31,480 bases of DNA from the IMG/VR virus record IMGVR_UViG_2531839484_000009; one strand, given 5' to 3'. The stretch comes from a virus (Duplodnaviria > Heunggongvirae > Uroviricota > Caudoviricetes). This document shows, piece by piece, positions 17,621-26,440 of this stretch. The translations under genes and the position numbers were made by a program. Every line of letters starts with the position of its first letter. Within the stretch, counting starts at the first letter, position 1. Under the pieces are notes generated by a model. It was not told the DNA's origin and made no database searches. It worked only from the letters and a program-made list of their open reading frames with translations.

Positions 17621-17645
17621 GCCCCTCTCAAAAGAGAGGGGCTTT
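17621..17645. terminator. Bidirectional hairpin terminator between the cargo cassette and portal gene Q
   Basis: Perfect stem GCCCCTCTC-aaaa-GAGAGGGGC followed by TTT; overlaps the last codons and stop of Q. Confidence 0.55.
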
Positions 17646-18659
17646 ATTAAACTTAATAATATCTACACCAACCCATTCATTGATCTCAAAAAACCTGCAT
17701 TGAAGGCTTTTTATTTCATTGTTGAAAAATACTTTTGCTGCCTTCTCCACATCCCCAAACCCACCAACATTGTTAGGCATGATCCCCATCATCTGCGGCG
17801 GTACGCGGTGCGCTGCCAACATGTCATCCCGGCTCACGTTCTTGATATTCAAAAACTCATCTTTTGCCGCAACTTCTGACAATGGGATGATCTGAAGCCC
17901 GTCCTTTTTGCCGTTAGGTGAGTACATAAACAGGTTGCGGAAGTTGCCTGGCCCTTTGGCGCTTTTCATTGCGTTACGGAGGTTGTTCACGTCCTCCTGG
18001 TTCTGCGCGGCATCGGTCATGTACATGATGAAGCCTGCATGACTACCGTTAATGTAATACTTGCGGCGGAACAGCGTGGCGGACTCGTTGAGCAGGGCCG
18101 ACGGAATGGCAGAAAGATAACCGGGCAGGCCGTAGACCTCCTGGTTGATGTCCGGTTCCATCAGATGAAAAACGCTGCCTTTCGTGAACTGATACGGCTG
18201 GGTTGTCATACCATATTGCACAAACCAGTAGGTATCCAGGTCTAATCCGCGTCGGGTGTATTTTGCCAGAGCAGGCTCAAGGGCGATAACTTCACCGAAC
18301 CGGTTCGTGCGTTTCTCCAGGTAGGCGTTACCAAATACCAGATAGTCCTGCACAAAACGTGAAAAAGCCTGCTGGCTGAGCAGCGGGTGAGGGATGTAGG
18401 TGCTGGTCAGAATGTTGCATTTCACCGCAATGGGTGAGTTGTGATGTACGGCGGCGCGGAAGATGCGCGCTAGGGCGTCGAAACTCACAGGCGGCTCATA
18501 CCAGCGATCTGTCTGTACACATTCCACATAGTCCAGCAGTTCGCGGCGGTCCAGTACTGGAATGGGATCACCGAAGCTGAATGCCTCTGCTGAAGTCTGG
18601 CTTTTATGCTGGGTCTGGTTCTGCGACGCAGCGCGGTTCTTCTTACTCTTTCCCATCAA
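17628..18659 (-). CDS. Q: Portal protein (P2 gpQ-like)
   Basis: 343 aa, directly downstream of and overlapping (ATGA) the terminase large subunit gene; P2 late-operon synteny. Confidence 0.85.
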   Translation of the reverse strand: MMGKSKKNRAASQNQTQHKSQTSAEAFSFGDPIPVLDRRELLDYVECVQTDRWYEPPVSFDALARIFRAAVHHNSPIAVKCNILTSTYIPHPLLSQQAFSRFVQDYLVFGNAYLEKRTNRFGEVIALEPALAKYTRRGLDLDTYWFVQYGMTTQPYQFTKGSVFHLMEPDINQEVYGLPGYLSAIPSALLNESATLFRRKYYINGSHAGFIMYMTDAAQNQEDVNNLRNAMKSAKGPGNFRNLFMYSPNGKKDGLQIIPLSEVAAKDEFLNIKNVSRDDMLAAHRVPPQMMGIMPNNVGGFGDVEKAAKVFFNNEIKSLQCRFFEINEWVGVDIIKFNKAPLF

Positions 18660-20422
18660 AAAATCTCCACAATATTACTGGTATTGGCGGACTCGCCCTG
18701 CAGTGGTTCGTTAAACAGTGCGTGCATTGTTGCCCAGGCCAGATCGGCGTGGCTGGCTTCTTCGCTGCGGCTGGCTTCATAGGTCGGGCGGTTGCCGCTG
18801 GCGGTAGTGGCGCGACGGATTGCCATAAATGATTGCGCAATGTCGGTGTGTCCGGCGTCAAATTCCAGGCGGCGGTGACTGATAATGTCGTAGGCCTTGA
18901 GTACCAGGGCGTTTTTAACGTTGGGGTTGTAGACAAACTCCCGGACGGCAGGAAAGAACGCTTTCACGTTCTCGTAAACCCCGTGACCGACGCCGGTTGA
19001 GTCGATACCGATATAGGTCACGTTGTACTGTTCAGTCAGTTTTTTGATGGCGTCAGCCTGGGCGCGGAAGTCCATCCCGCGCCACTGGTGACGCTCAAGA
19101 ATGCGGAACTTACCGCCCGGCACCGCTGGCGGAGCCACCACCACGCATCCGGCACTGTCGCCGTTTTGCGTACCTTTCGCCGGGTCATATCCGATCCACA
19201 CTTCGCGCCAGCCAAACGGGCGCAGGGCCAGTGCATGAAAGTCGGTCCAGACTTCCCAACTGTCCACCATGCACGCTTGCAGCTCGCTGAGCGGGAACAC
19301 GGACGCGAGATCGTCCACGAACTCACACATCAGCAGGTTCTGGTATTCGTCCGGGCTGTACTCCATGCGCAACTGGTCGAGGTCGAACAGGTTACAGCCG
19401 CCGCGCACCGCATCTTCCACGGTGACTATCTGGCGGTACTGCCCGTCTGCGCACAGCAGGCCGGGGGCCAGATTGCTGTGGGACAGGTCGATGTCCACCT
19501 TATCGGCTTTGTTGCGCCCTCGGTTGAACAGCGCACCGGACCAGAACGGATAAGCACTGTGTGTCAGGCTGGATGGCGTGGAAAAATAGGTTTGTCGCCA
19601 TTTTTTGTGAATAGCCATACCGGAAGCCACTTTGCGCAGCTCCTGGAATTTCGGTATCCAGAAATATTCATCCAGATACAGGTTGCCGTGGTAACTCTGG
19701 GCCGTGCGGGCATTGGTGCCGAGGAAGTAAAGCGTGGCCCCGTTAGGAAGCACCATCGGATCGCCTTTCAGCTCTACCTCGACTTCTTTGGCGAAGTCGA
19801 TGATGTACTGCTTAAAGACGTGGGCCTGTGCCTTACTGGCGGAAAGGAAAATCTGGTTACGTCCGGTAAGCAGAGCGTCAATCAGGGCTTCACGGGCAAA
19901 GTAAAAGGTCGCGCCGATCTGGCGTGACTTCAGCAGGTTGCGGATGCGGTTGGTTTTTCCGGCTTCCCACCAGTGGCGCTGGTAGTTGAACATGGAGGAA
20001 TGGAAGATTTCTTCCAGCTTCTCAATCTGTTCATCGGTGAAAACGTTCTTTTCCGGCTGACGACGCGGGCCTTTGTTGCGGTTGGCGATGTTAGGGTTTA
20101 AGTCGGCTTCGTTGCCGCCATTGTTAAACTTGCCGATCCGCGCGTGGCGCTCCGACTGGCGCGCCAGCAGGTCAATCTCTTTGAAATCTTTCCCTTCTTT
20201 GTGCTCCTTCATGATGAGCTGGCAGTAGCGTGCGGCGGTGGTGAGCTGCATCTGATCCAGCGGCCCATAGTCACCCCACTTGTCGCGTTTTTTCCAGCTG
20301 TGAACGGTTGCAACTTTCTCGCCCAGCATTTCAGCAATGCGGGCTACGCGGTATCCCTGAAAGTACAGCAGCATGGCCTGCCGACGGGGATCGAGATCTG
20401 CGGGGGTCTGTGTGGTGTTCAT
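18656..20422 (-). CDS. P: Terminase large (ATPase) subunit (P2 gpP-like)
   Basis: 588 aa; divergent from the scaffold/capsid operon as in P2. Confidence 0.85.
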   Translation of the reverse strand: MNTTQTPADLDPRRQAMLLYFQGYRVARIAEMLGEKVATVHSWKKRDKWGDYGPLDQMQLTTAARYCQLIMKEHKEGKDFKEIDLLARQSERHARIGKFNNGGNEADLNPNIANRNKGPRRQPEKNVFTDEQIEKLEEIFHSSMFNYQRHWWEAGKTNRIRNLLKSRQIGATFYFAREALIDALLTGRNQIFLSASKAQAHVFKQYIIDFAKEVEVELKGDPMVLPNGATLYFLGTNARTAQSYHGNLYLDEYFWIPKFQELRKVASGMAIHKKWRQTYFSTPSSLTHSAYPFWSGALFNRGRNKADKVDIDLSHSNLAPGLLCADGQYRQIVTVEDAVRGGCNLFDLDQLRMEYSPDEYQNLLMCEFVDDLASVFPLSELQACMVDSWEVWTDFHALALRPFGWREVWIGYDPAKGTQNGDSAGCVVVAPPAVPGGKFRILERHQWRGMDFRAQADAIKKLTEQYNVTYIGIDSTGVGHGVYENVKAFFPAVREFVYNPNVKNALVLKAYDIISHRRLEFDAGHTDIAQSFMAIRRATTASGNRPTYEASRSEEASHADLAWATMHALFNEPLQGESANTSNIVEIF

Positions 20423-20468
20423 GGCACAAACCTACAACCTTGAATGAAGGCTTTCCCCGCCTGCGGTT

Positions 20469-20486
20469 TGTGTGGTTGTCGGTACA
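20469..20486. promoter_or_regulatory. Late-promoter activator box TGT-N12-ACA in the P/O divergent region
   Basis: TGTGTGGTTGTCGGTACA read directly; its centre lies ~85 bp upstream of the O start codon. Confidence 0.45.
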
Positions 20487-20564
20487 AATACCGCGCATTG
20501 TTTCACTGCCCCCATCACCGCAACCATAAGGCTCCAGTAAGTTTTTTCTAACGGAGCACGGCTC

Positions 20565-21398
20565 ATGACAGTGAAAGCAAAGCGTTTTCGCATCGGGGTG
20601 GAAGGTGCCACCACCGACGGACGCGAAATCCAGCGTGAATGGCTGGAACAGATGGCAGCCAGCTACAACCCGGCGGTGTACACCGCGCTGATTAACCTTG
20701 AGCACATCAAGTCTTATCTGCCGGACAGCACCTTTAACCGCTACGGCAAGGTGACGGCGCTGTTTGCTGAAGAAATCACTGAAGGTCCGCTGGCAGGCAA
20801 GATGGCGCTGTATGCCGATGTTGAGCCAACGGAGTCCCTGGTGGAGCTGGTGAAAAAAGGCCAGAAATTATTCACCTCTATGGAAGTCAGCCCGAAGTTC
20901 GCTGATACGGGCAAAGCCTACCTGGTCGGCCTGGCTGCCACTGATGACCCTGCCAGTCTGGGTACGGAAATGCTGACATTCAGCGCCAGTGCAGCCCATA
21001 ACCCGCTGGCAAACCGCAAGCAGAATCCCGCCAATCTTTTTACCGCTGCAGAGGAAACGGTGATCGAACTGGAAGAAGTCCAGGACGAAAAACCATCCCT
21101 GTTTGCCCGTGTCACGGCGCTGTTCACCAAAAAAGAGCAGTCCGATGACGCCCGGTTCTCTGATGTGCATAAGGCCGTGGAACTGGTCGCCACTGAGCAG
21201 CAGAACCTGAGTGCGCGCACCGAAAAATCCCTGTCTGAGCAGGAAGAACGCCTGTCTGAGCTGGAGACTGCCCTGCAGGCACAGCAAACCGCCTTTAACG
21301 AACTGGTGGACAAGCTGAGTCATGAAGACAGCCGCCAGGACTACCGCCAGCGTGCAACAGGCGGTAACGCCCCCGCTGAAACTCTGACCAATTGCTGA
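20565..21398 (+). CDS. O: Capsid scaffolding protein (P2 gpO-like)
   Basis: 277 aa, first gene of the rightward late operon, followed by the major capsid gene. Confidence 0.8.
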   Translation: MTVKAKRFRIGVEGATTDGREIQREWLEQMAASYNPAVYTALINLEHIKSYLPDSTFNRYGKVTALFAEEITEGPLAGKMALYADVEPTESLVELVKKGQKLFTSMEVSPKFADTGKAYLVGLAATDDPASLGTEMLTFSASAAHNPLANRKQNPANLFTAAEETVIELEEVQDEKPSLFARVTALFTKKEQSDDARFSDVHKAVELVATEQQNLSARTEKSLSEQEERLSELETALQAQQTAFNELVDKLSHEDSRQDYRQRATGGNAPAETLTNC

Positions 21399-21414
21399 TG
21401 GAGCACAAAACCCG

Positions 21415-22473
21415 ATGAAGAAGAATACCCGCTTTGCTTTTAACGCTTACCTGCAGCAGCTGGCGCGTCTGAACGGTGTGGCAGTTGAAGAACTGTCCAG
21501 CAAGTTCACCGTGGAGCCGTCTGTGCAGCAGACGCTGGAAGACCAGATCCAGCAATCCGCCGCATTCCTGACGCTGATTAACGTCACGCCAGTGACTGAG
21601 CAGTCTGGTCAGTTGCTGGGGCTGGGTGTTGGCAGCACCATTGCCGGAACCACTGATACCACTGCAAAAGAGCGTGAGCCTGTCGATCCGACGCTGATGG
21701 GCGATGTGGAATATAAATGCGAGCAGACCAACTTTGACACGGTACTGACCTACGCGAAGCTGGACCTGTGGGCGAAGTTTCAGGATTTCCAGGTGCGTAT
21801 CCGTAACGCCATCGTGAAACGTCAGGCACTGGACCGCATCATGATCGGCTTTAACGGCGTGAAGCGTGCGAAAACCTCCAACCGTAGCGAAAACCCGCTG
21901 CTGCAGGATGTGAACAAAGGCTGGCTGCAGAAAATCCGTGAGGATGCACCGGATCACGTCATGGGCAGCACCACCACGGGCGGTGAAACCACACCGGGTG
22001 CGGTGAAAGTCGGTAAAGGTGGCGAATATGCCAACCTGGACGCCGTGGTGATGGATGCCGTTAATGAGCTTATCGACGTGGTCTACCAGGACGATGACGA
22101 TCTGGTGGTGATTTGCGGTCGTGAACTGCTGTCTGACAAGTATTTCCCGCTGGTCAACAAAGAGCAGGAAAACAGTGAAAAACTGGCAGCCGATATGATT
22201 ATCAGTCAGAAACGCATGGGCGGTCTGCAGGCCGTGCGTGCGCCGTTCTTCCCGCCGAATGCGCTGCTGATCACCCGTCTGGATAACCTGTCCATCTACT
22301 GGCAGGAAGACACCCGCCGCCGTTCAGTTATCGACAACCCGAAACGTGACCGGATTGAAAACTTTGAATCTGTTAACGAAGCCTATGTGGTTGAGGACTA
22401 CCGCTGCGCCGCACTGGTGGAAAACATCCAGATTGGCGATTTCAGCGCCGCCGCAGCAGAAGCCGGAGTGTAA
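21415..22473 (+). CDS. N: Major capsid protein (P2 gpN-like)
   Basis: 352 aa, position and size match gpN. Confidence 0.85.
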   Translation: MKKNTRFAFNAYLQQLARLNGVAVEELSSKFTVEPSVQQTLEDQIQQSAAFLTLINVTPVTEQSGQLLGLGVGSTIAGTTDTTAKEREPVDPTLMGDVEYKCEQTNFDTVLTYAKLDLWAKFQDFQVRIRNAIVKRQALDRIMIGFNGVKRAKTSNRSENPLLQDVNKGWLQKIREDAPDHVMGSTTTGGETTPGAVKVGKGGEYANLDAVVMDAVNELIDVVYQDDDDLVVICGRELLSDKYFPLVNKEQENSEKLAADMIISQKRMGGLQAVRAPFFPPNALLITRLDNLSIYWQEDTRRRSVIDNPKRDRIENFESVNEAYVVEDYRCAALVENIQIGDFSAAAAEAGV

Positions 22474-22476
22474 CCT

Positions 22477-23127
22477 ATGAGCCTGAGTCCCGCACGGCAG
22501 CATCGCCTGCGCGTTCAGGCTGAACAGGCCGCCCGTGAAGGCGGCAGTGTTCGCCACGCGTCGGGCTATGACCTGATGCTGCTGCAACTGGCGGAAGACC
22601 GCCGCCGTCTCAAGGGCGTTCAGTCCACGGTGAAAAAAGCGGAAATAAAGGTGGAGCTGCTGCCGAAATATGCCGCCTGGGCGGAGGGCGTCCTGGCTGC
22701 CGGAGGCGCTCAACAGGATGACGTGCTGATGTACGTGATGCTGTGGCGCATTGATGCCGGAGATTATGCCGGGGCGCTGGAGATCGGGCGTCATGCCCTG
22801 CGTCATGGCTGGGTGATGCCGCTGGGTAACCGCAACGTGCAGACCGTGCTGGCAGAGGAAATGGCAGATGCAGCCCAGAGCGCAATGCTTGCCGCCACCG
22901 GCTTTGATGCCGATCTGTTGCTGCAGACGCTGGAACTGACAGACGGTCTGGATATGCCGGACCAGTCACGGGCGCGTCTGCATAAAGCGATTGGCGCTGT
23001 CCTGAGTGAAAGCAATCCGGCTTCCGCCCTTAATCATCTCAACCATGCGTTACAGCTCGATCCCCGCTGTGGCGTGAAAAAAGACAAACAGCAGCTGGAG
23101 CGCAGACTGCGCAATGACAGCCGCTGA
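22477..23127 (+). CDS. M: Terminase small (endonuclease) subunit (P2 gpM-like)
   Basis: 216 aa, follows the capsid gene. Confidence 0.75.
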   Translation: MSLSPARQHRLRVQAEQAAREGGSVRHASGYDLMLLQLAEDRRRLKGVQSTVKKAEIKVELLPKYAAWAEGVLAAGGAQQDDVLMYVMLWRIDAGDYAGALEIGRHALRHGWVMPLGNRNVQTVLAEEMADAAQSAMLAATGFDADLLLQTLELTDGLDMPDQSRARLHKAIGAVLSESNPASALNHLNHALQLDPRCGVKKDKQQLERRLRNDSR

Positions 23128-23222
23128 CAGAACGTGCCCCCGCGCACGGGCGGCACGGGGTGGCGAAAGGCACCGCCACATCAAAACCCCGTCCACCGCC
23201 CTCTATTTCAGGAGAAAGCAGC

Positions 23223-23687
23223 ATGAAGTTTGTTGCGCCAGAACAGGCACCGGAACAGGCGGAAATCATCAGAAATACGCCGTTCTGGCCTGATGTGGAC
23301 CTGTCGGAGTTTCGCAGCGTGATGCGCACTGACGGCACGGTGACGCAGCCGCGTTTAAAGCAGGTTGCGCTGTCGGCAATTTCGGAGGTCAACGCAGAGC
23401 TGTATGAGTTTCGCAGACGCCAGCAGATGCTGGGGTATGCCTCGCTGGCAGAGGTTCCGGCAGAACAGCTGGACGGGAAAAGTGAGCGCATTCAGCACTA
23501 TTTCAACGCGGTTTACTGCTGGGCACGCTCCATGCTCAACGAACGATACCAGGACTATGACGCCACGGCATCCGGTGTGAAGCGGGGCGAGGAACTGGCG
23601 GAAGCAAGCGGTGATTTGTGGCGTGACGCCCGCTGGGCCATCAGCCGGGTGCAGGATGCGCCGCACTGCACAGTGGAGCTTATCTGA
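23223..23687 (+). CDS. L: Head completion/stabilisation protein (P2 gpL-like)
   Basis: ATG 23223 preceded by AGGAGAAAG; the 23160 extension is rejected. Confidence 0.7.
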   Translation: MKFVAPEQAPEQAEIIRNTPFWPDVDLSEFRSVMRTDGTVTQPRLKQVALSAISEVNAELYEFRRRQQMLGYASLAEVPAEQLDGKSERIQHYFNAVYCWARSMLNERYQDYDATASGVKRGEELAEASGDLWRDARWAISRVQDAPHCTVELI

Positions 23688-23890
23688 TGAAAGTGCGTGC
23701 GTATCAGTATGACACAGTGGACGCGCTTTGCTGGCGTCATTACGGGCGCACGCAGGGTGTCACGGAGCAGGTACTGAAGGCAAATCCGGGGCTTGCCGAA
23801 TACGGCCCCTTTTTACCTCACGGGCTGCAGGTGGAGCTGCCGGACATACCGACAACCACCACCGTGCAGACCGTCCAGCTATGGGACTGA
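23687..23890 (+). CDS. X: Tail protein X (P2 gpX-like)
   Basis: 67 aa, start overlaps the L stop. Confidence 0.65.
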   Translation: MKVRAYQYDTVDALCWRHYGRTQGVTEQVLKANPGLAEYGPFLPHGLQVELPDIPTTTTVQTVQLWD

Positions 23891-23893
23891 ATT

Positions 23894-24109
23894 ATGACGC
23901 TTGAGCGAATCAGCGCCTTTATCACGTATTGCATCGCCGTCGTGCTGGCCTGGCTGGGCGATTTGTCCATCAAGGATGCCTCAACGCTGGGCGGCCTGAT
24001 GATTGGTGTGCTGATGCTGGCTATCAACTGGTACTACAAACACAAAGCCTACCAGCTTCTGCGCGACGGGCAGATCTCGCGGGAGGACTATGAATCCATC
24101 AATCGTTAA
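23894..24109 (+). CDS. Holin (small two-TM membrane protein)
   Basis: 71 aa with hydrophobic segments AFITYCIAVVLAWL and GGLMIGVLMLAINWYY; immediately precedes the endolysin. Confidence 0.55.
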   Translation: MTLERISAFITYCIAVVLAWLGDLSIKDASTLGGLMIGVLMLAINWYYKHKAYQLLRDGQISREDYESINR

Positions 24110-24602
24110 ACGCTGCCTTGTCGGGGCCGTGCTGGCTATTGCTGCCACGCTGCCGGGGTTTCAGCAGCTTCACACCTCCGTGGAGGGACTGAAACTGATC
24201 GCCGATTACGAAGGCTGTCGTCTGCAGCCGTATCAGTGCAGCGCGGGTGTCTGGACCGACGGCATTGGTAATACGTCGGGCGTCATTCCCGGCAAAATTA
24301 TTACGGAACGACAGGCAGCAGAAGGGCTGATCTCCAACGTGCTACGTGTGGAGCGGGCGCTGGAAAGGTGTGTGAAGCAACAGCCGCCGCAGAAGGTGTA
24401 TGACGCTACGGTGTCGTTTGCCTTCAACGTGGGAACGGGCAATGCCTGTAGTTCCACGCTGGTGAAATTGCTCAATCAGCGGCGCTGGGCGGATGCGTGC
24501 CGACAGTTGCCTCGCTGGGTTTATGTGAAAGGTGTTTTTAATCAGGGGCTGGATAACCGCCGTGCGCGGGAGATGGCCTGGTGCTTACAGGGAGCAAACT
24601 GA
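24090..24602 (+). CDS. Endolysin, lysozyme-like with N-terminal signal-arrest-release (SAR) segment
   Basis: Catalytic-region pattern EGLKLIADYEG...GVWTDGIGNT; N-terminal hydrophobic CLVGAVLAIAATLPG; GGGAGG upstream of ATG 24090. Confidence 0.8.
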   Translation: MNPSIVKRCLVGAVLAIAATLPGFQQLHTSVEGLKLIADYEGCRLQPYQCSAGVWTDGIGNTSGVIPGKIITERQAAEGLISNVLRVERALERCVKQQPPQKVYDATVSFAFNVGTGNACSSTLVKLLNQRRWADACRQLPRWVYVKGVFNQGLDNRRAREMAWCLQGAN

Positions 24603-24603
24603 A

Positions 24604-24981
24604 ATGAAAAAGAAAGTAATCAGCGGGCTGTTTCTGATGTTATGGATGGCGCTGTTAATCGAAGCAATGGTGTATCCGCAGGGGATTTTTCCGGTACTGG
24701 CAGCGTCCGGCGTTTGGGTAGCCTGTCTGCTGACATGGGCGGTAATTCCGGTAGCACTGGCTGCGTTAATTAAGAATGGCCCGCTCTGGCAGGAGTTGAG
24801 GGCATCTTTGCTGAAGACCATTACCCGAAAAGAAAACGTATTTATCAGCTGGGTGATGCGATTGCTGATTGTCGTAAGTCTCGTCTGGACGGGGTGGGCT
24901 ATTACCCTGGTCTTTTATCTACTGACCGTTATTGCCTTCTGGATCACCCGTAATCAGATGGCGCAACAGGTAGCAGCATGA
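24604..24981 (+). CDS. LysA-like membrane protein (lysis timing)
   Basis: 125 aa with multiple hydrophobic helices; position as P2 lysA. Confidence 0.5.
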   Translation: MKKKVISGLFLMLWMALLIEAMVYPQGIFPVLAASGVWVACLLTWAVIPVALAALIKNGPLWQELRASLLKTITRKENVFISWVMRLLIVVSLVWTGWAITLVFYLLTVIAFWITRNQMAQQVAA

Positions 24982-25406
24982 ACCGGTTGCTGCTGGTTAT
25001 GCTGGCGTTATTACTGGCGGCGCTGGGCTGGCAGACGTGGCGGCTGGCTGATGCCAGCCGGACCATCAGCACGCAGGCGGACGAGCTGCAGAGCAAAAGC
25101 CAGGCACTGGCAAAGAGCAACAGCCAGCTTATCAGCCTGTCCATTCTGACTGAAACCAATAACCGGGAGCAGGCGCGGCTCTATGCCGACGCAGAACAGA
25201 CCAGCGCGCTGCTGAGACAACGACAACGCCGGATTGAGGAACTGAAACGTGAGAAAGAGGATTTACGCCGCTGGGCTGATACTCCTTTGCCTGCTGACAT
25301 TATCCGGCTGCGGGAACGTCCGGCACTCACCGGAGGTGCAGCTTACCGTCAGTGGTTGTCCGCGAGTGACGCCGTGTCGGCTGGATCAGACAGCGCCGCG
25401 CACTAA
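24978..25406 (+). CDS. lysB: LysB, Rz-like inner-membrane spanin
   Basis: N-terminal TM anchor LLLVMLALLLAALGW followed by a coiled-coil, charged periplasmic domain. Confidence 0.65.
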   Translation: MNRLLLVMLALLLAALGWQTWRLADASRTISTQADELQSKSQALAKSNSQLISLSILTETNNREQARLYADAEQTSALLRQRQRRIEELKREKEDLRRWADTPLPADIIRLRERPALTGGAAYRQWLSASDAVSAGSDSAAH

Positions 25407-25539
25407 CGGTGAGCTGAACGCGTTGCTGGATGAAACGGAGGCCGCCTGGGCGGTCTGTGCAGACAAAGTGGACATGATTATTGCGTGTCAGGAGCGAAAC
25501 AGTGAACAAACCACAATCCCTGCGCCACGCCCTCAATAA
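25249..25539 (+). CDS. lysC: LysC, Rz1-like outer-membrane lipoprotein spanin
   Basis: Lipobox LLTLSGC after a signal peptide; starts in the +1 frame inside lysB and runs into R. Confidence 0.6.
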   Translation: MRKRIYAAGLILLCLLTLSGCGNVRHSPEVQLTVSGCPRVTPCRLDQTAPRTNGELNALLDETEAAWAVCADKVDMIIACQERNSEQTTIPAPRPQ

Positions 25540-25933
25540 AGCAGTGCCTTATGTCCGCAATAACCCGGACAAACTGCATCTGTTTGTGGATAACGGTTCG
25601 CTGGTTGCCACGGGGGCCAGCTCCATGTCATGGGAGTACCGTTATACCCTCAACGTGGTGATTGAGGATTTCAGCGGCGACCAGAATCTGCTGATGGCCC
25701 CGGTTTTGCTGTGGCTGCGTGATAACCAGCCCGATGCCATCAATAACCCGGCGTTACGGGAAAAACTATTCACCTTTGAGGTGGATATTTTGCGCAACGA
25801 TGTCTGTGATATCAGCCTTAACCTGCAACTGACGGAGCGTGTGCTGGTCAGTACTGACGGCAGTGTGTCGAGTGTTGAAGCTGTAGCGGAACCCGATGAA
25901 CCTGAAGAAATGTGGACGGTGAAACGTGGCTGA
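25502..25933 (+). CDS. R: Tail completion protein R (P2 gpR-like)
   Basis: GTG 25502 preceded by AGGAG; sequence from KPQSLRHAL resembles the recalled gpR N-terminus. Confidence 0.7.
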   Translation: MNKPQSLRHALNKAVPYVRNNPDKLHLFVDNGSLVATGASSMSWEYRYTLNVVIEDFSGDQNLLMAPVLLWLRDNQPDAINNPALREKLFTFEVDILRNDVCDISLNLQLTERVLVSTDGSVSSVEAVAEPDEPEEMWTVKRG

Positions 25934-26372
25934 ACTGCAGAAGGTGGACGACTGGCTGAGTGCTTTGCTGGCGAATCTGGAACCAGCCGCAAGAAGCCGC
26001 ATGATGCGGCAGCTGGCGCAGGAACTGCGCCGGACACAGCAGCAGAATATCAGAATGCAGCGCAATCCAGATGGCAGCAGTTATGAACCTCGACGGGTAA
26101 CAGCACGCAGTAAAAAGGGGCGCATCAAACGTCAGATGTTTGCAAAGCTGCGCACCACAAAATACCTGAAAACTGCCGCCAGCGCCGACTCTGCCAGCGT
26201 ACAGTTTGAAGGTAAGGTGCAGCGTATTGCCCGTGTTCACCATTACGGCCTGCGTGATCGCGTCAGTCGCAAAGGACCGGAGGTCCGTTACGCAGAGCGC
26301 CGCCTGCTGGGTGTAAATGATGATGTTGAGGCAATGACCCGCGACATGATTCTGCAATGGCTGGCGGGGTGA
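25926..26372 (+). CDS. S: Tail completion protein S (P2 gpS-like)
   Basis: 148 aa, position after R. Confidence 0.7.
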   Translation: MAELQKVDDWLSALLANLEPAARSRMMRQLAQELRRTQQQNIRMQRNPDGSSYEPRRVTARSKKGRIKRQMFAKLRTTKYLKTAASADSASVQFEGKVQRIARVHHYGLRDRVSRKGPEVRYAERRLLGVNDDVEAMTRDMILQWLAG

Positions 26373-26376
26373 TCTT

Positions 26377-26394
26377 TGTATCAGCACTGATACA
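26377..26394. promoter_or_regulatory. Late-promoter activator box TGT-N12-ACA upstream of V
   Basis: TGTATCAGCACTGATACA, part of the palindrome TTTGTATCAGCACTGATACAAG, 47 bp upstream of the V start. Confidence 0.5.
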
Positions 26395-26440
26395 AGTTGC
26401 AGCACTGCCGCCTTTCTTCCCCTGATGGCAACCTTTCCCT

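Noticed and set aside
19088-19927. 279-aa ORF on the plus strand inside the terminase large subunit gene
   Set aside because: Antisense to a long, conserved phage gene in GC-rich DNA where long spurious open frames are expected; no RBS or recognisable motifs.
21295-21957. 220-aa minus-strand ORF overlapping the O/N junction
   Set aside because: Antisense to the scaffold and capsid genes; composition-driven open frame.
23130-23170. GC-rich inverted repeats after M as an intrinsic terminator
   Set aside because: Stem-forming potential (CGTGCC...GGCACG) but no following T-run; not a canonical rho-independent terminator.
23160-23222. N-terminal extension of L from ATG 23160 (similarly J from 27323, lysA from 24532, R from 25481)
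   Set aside because: Internal starts carry good Shine-Dalgarno sequences and give sizes matching P2 homologues; the extensions overlap upstream genes.
25848-26405. 185-aa minus-strand ORF overlapping R and S
   Set aside because: Antisense to two syntenic tail-completion genes; no independent support.
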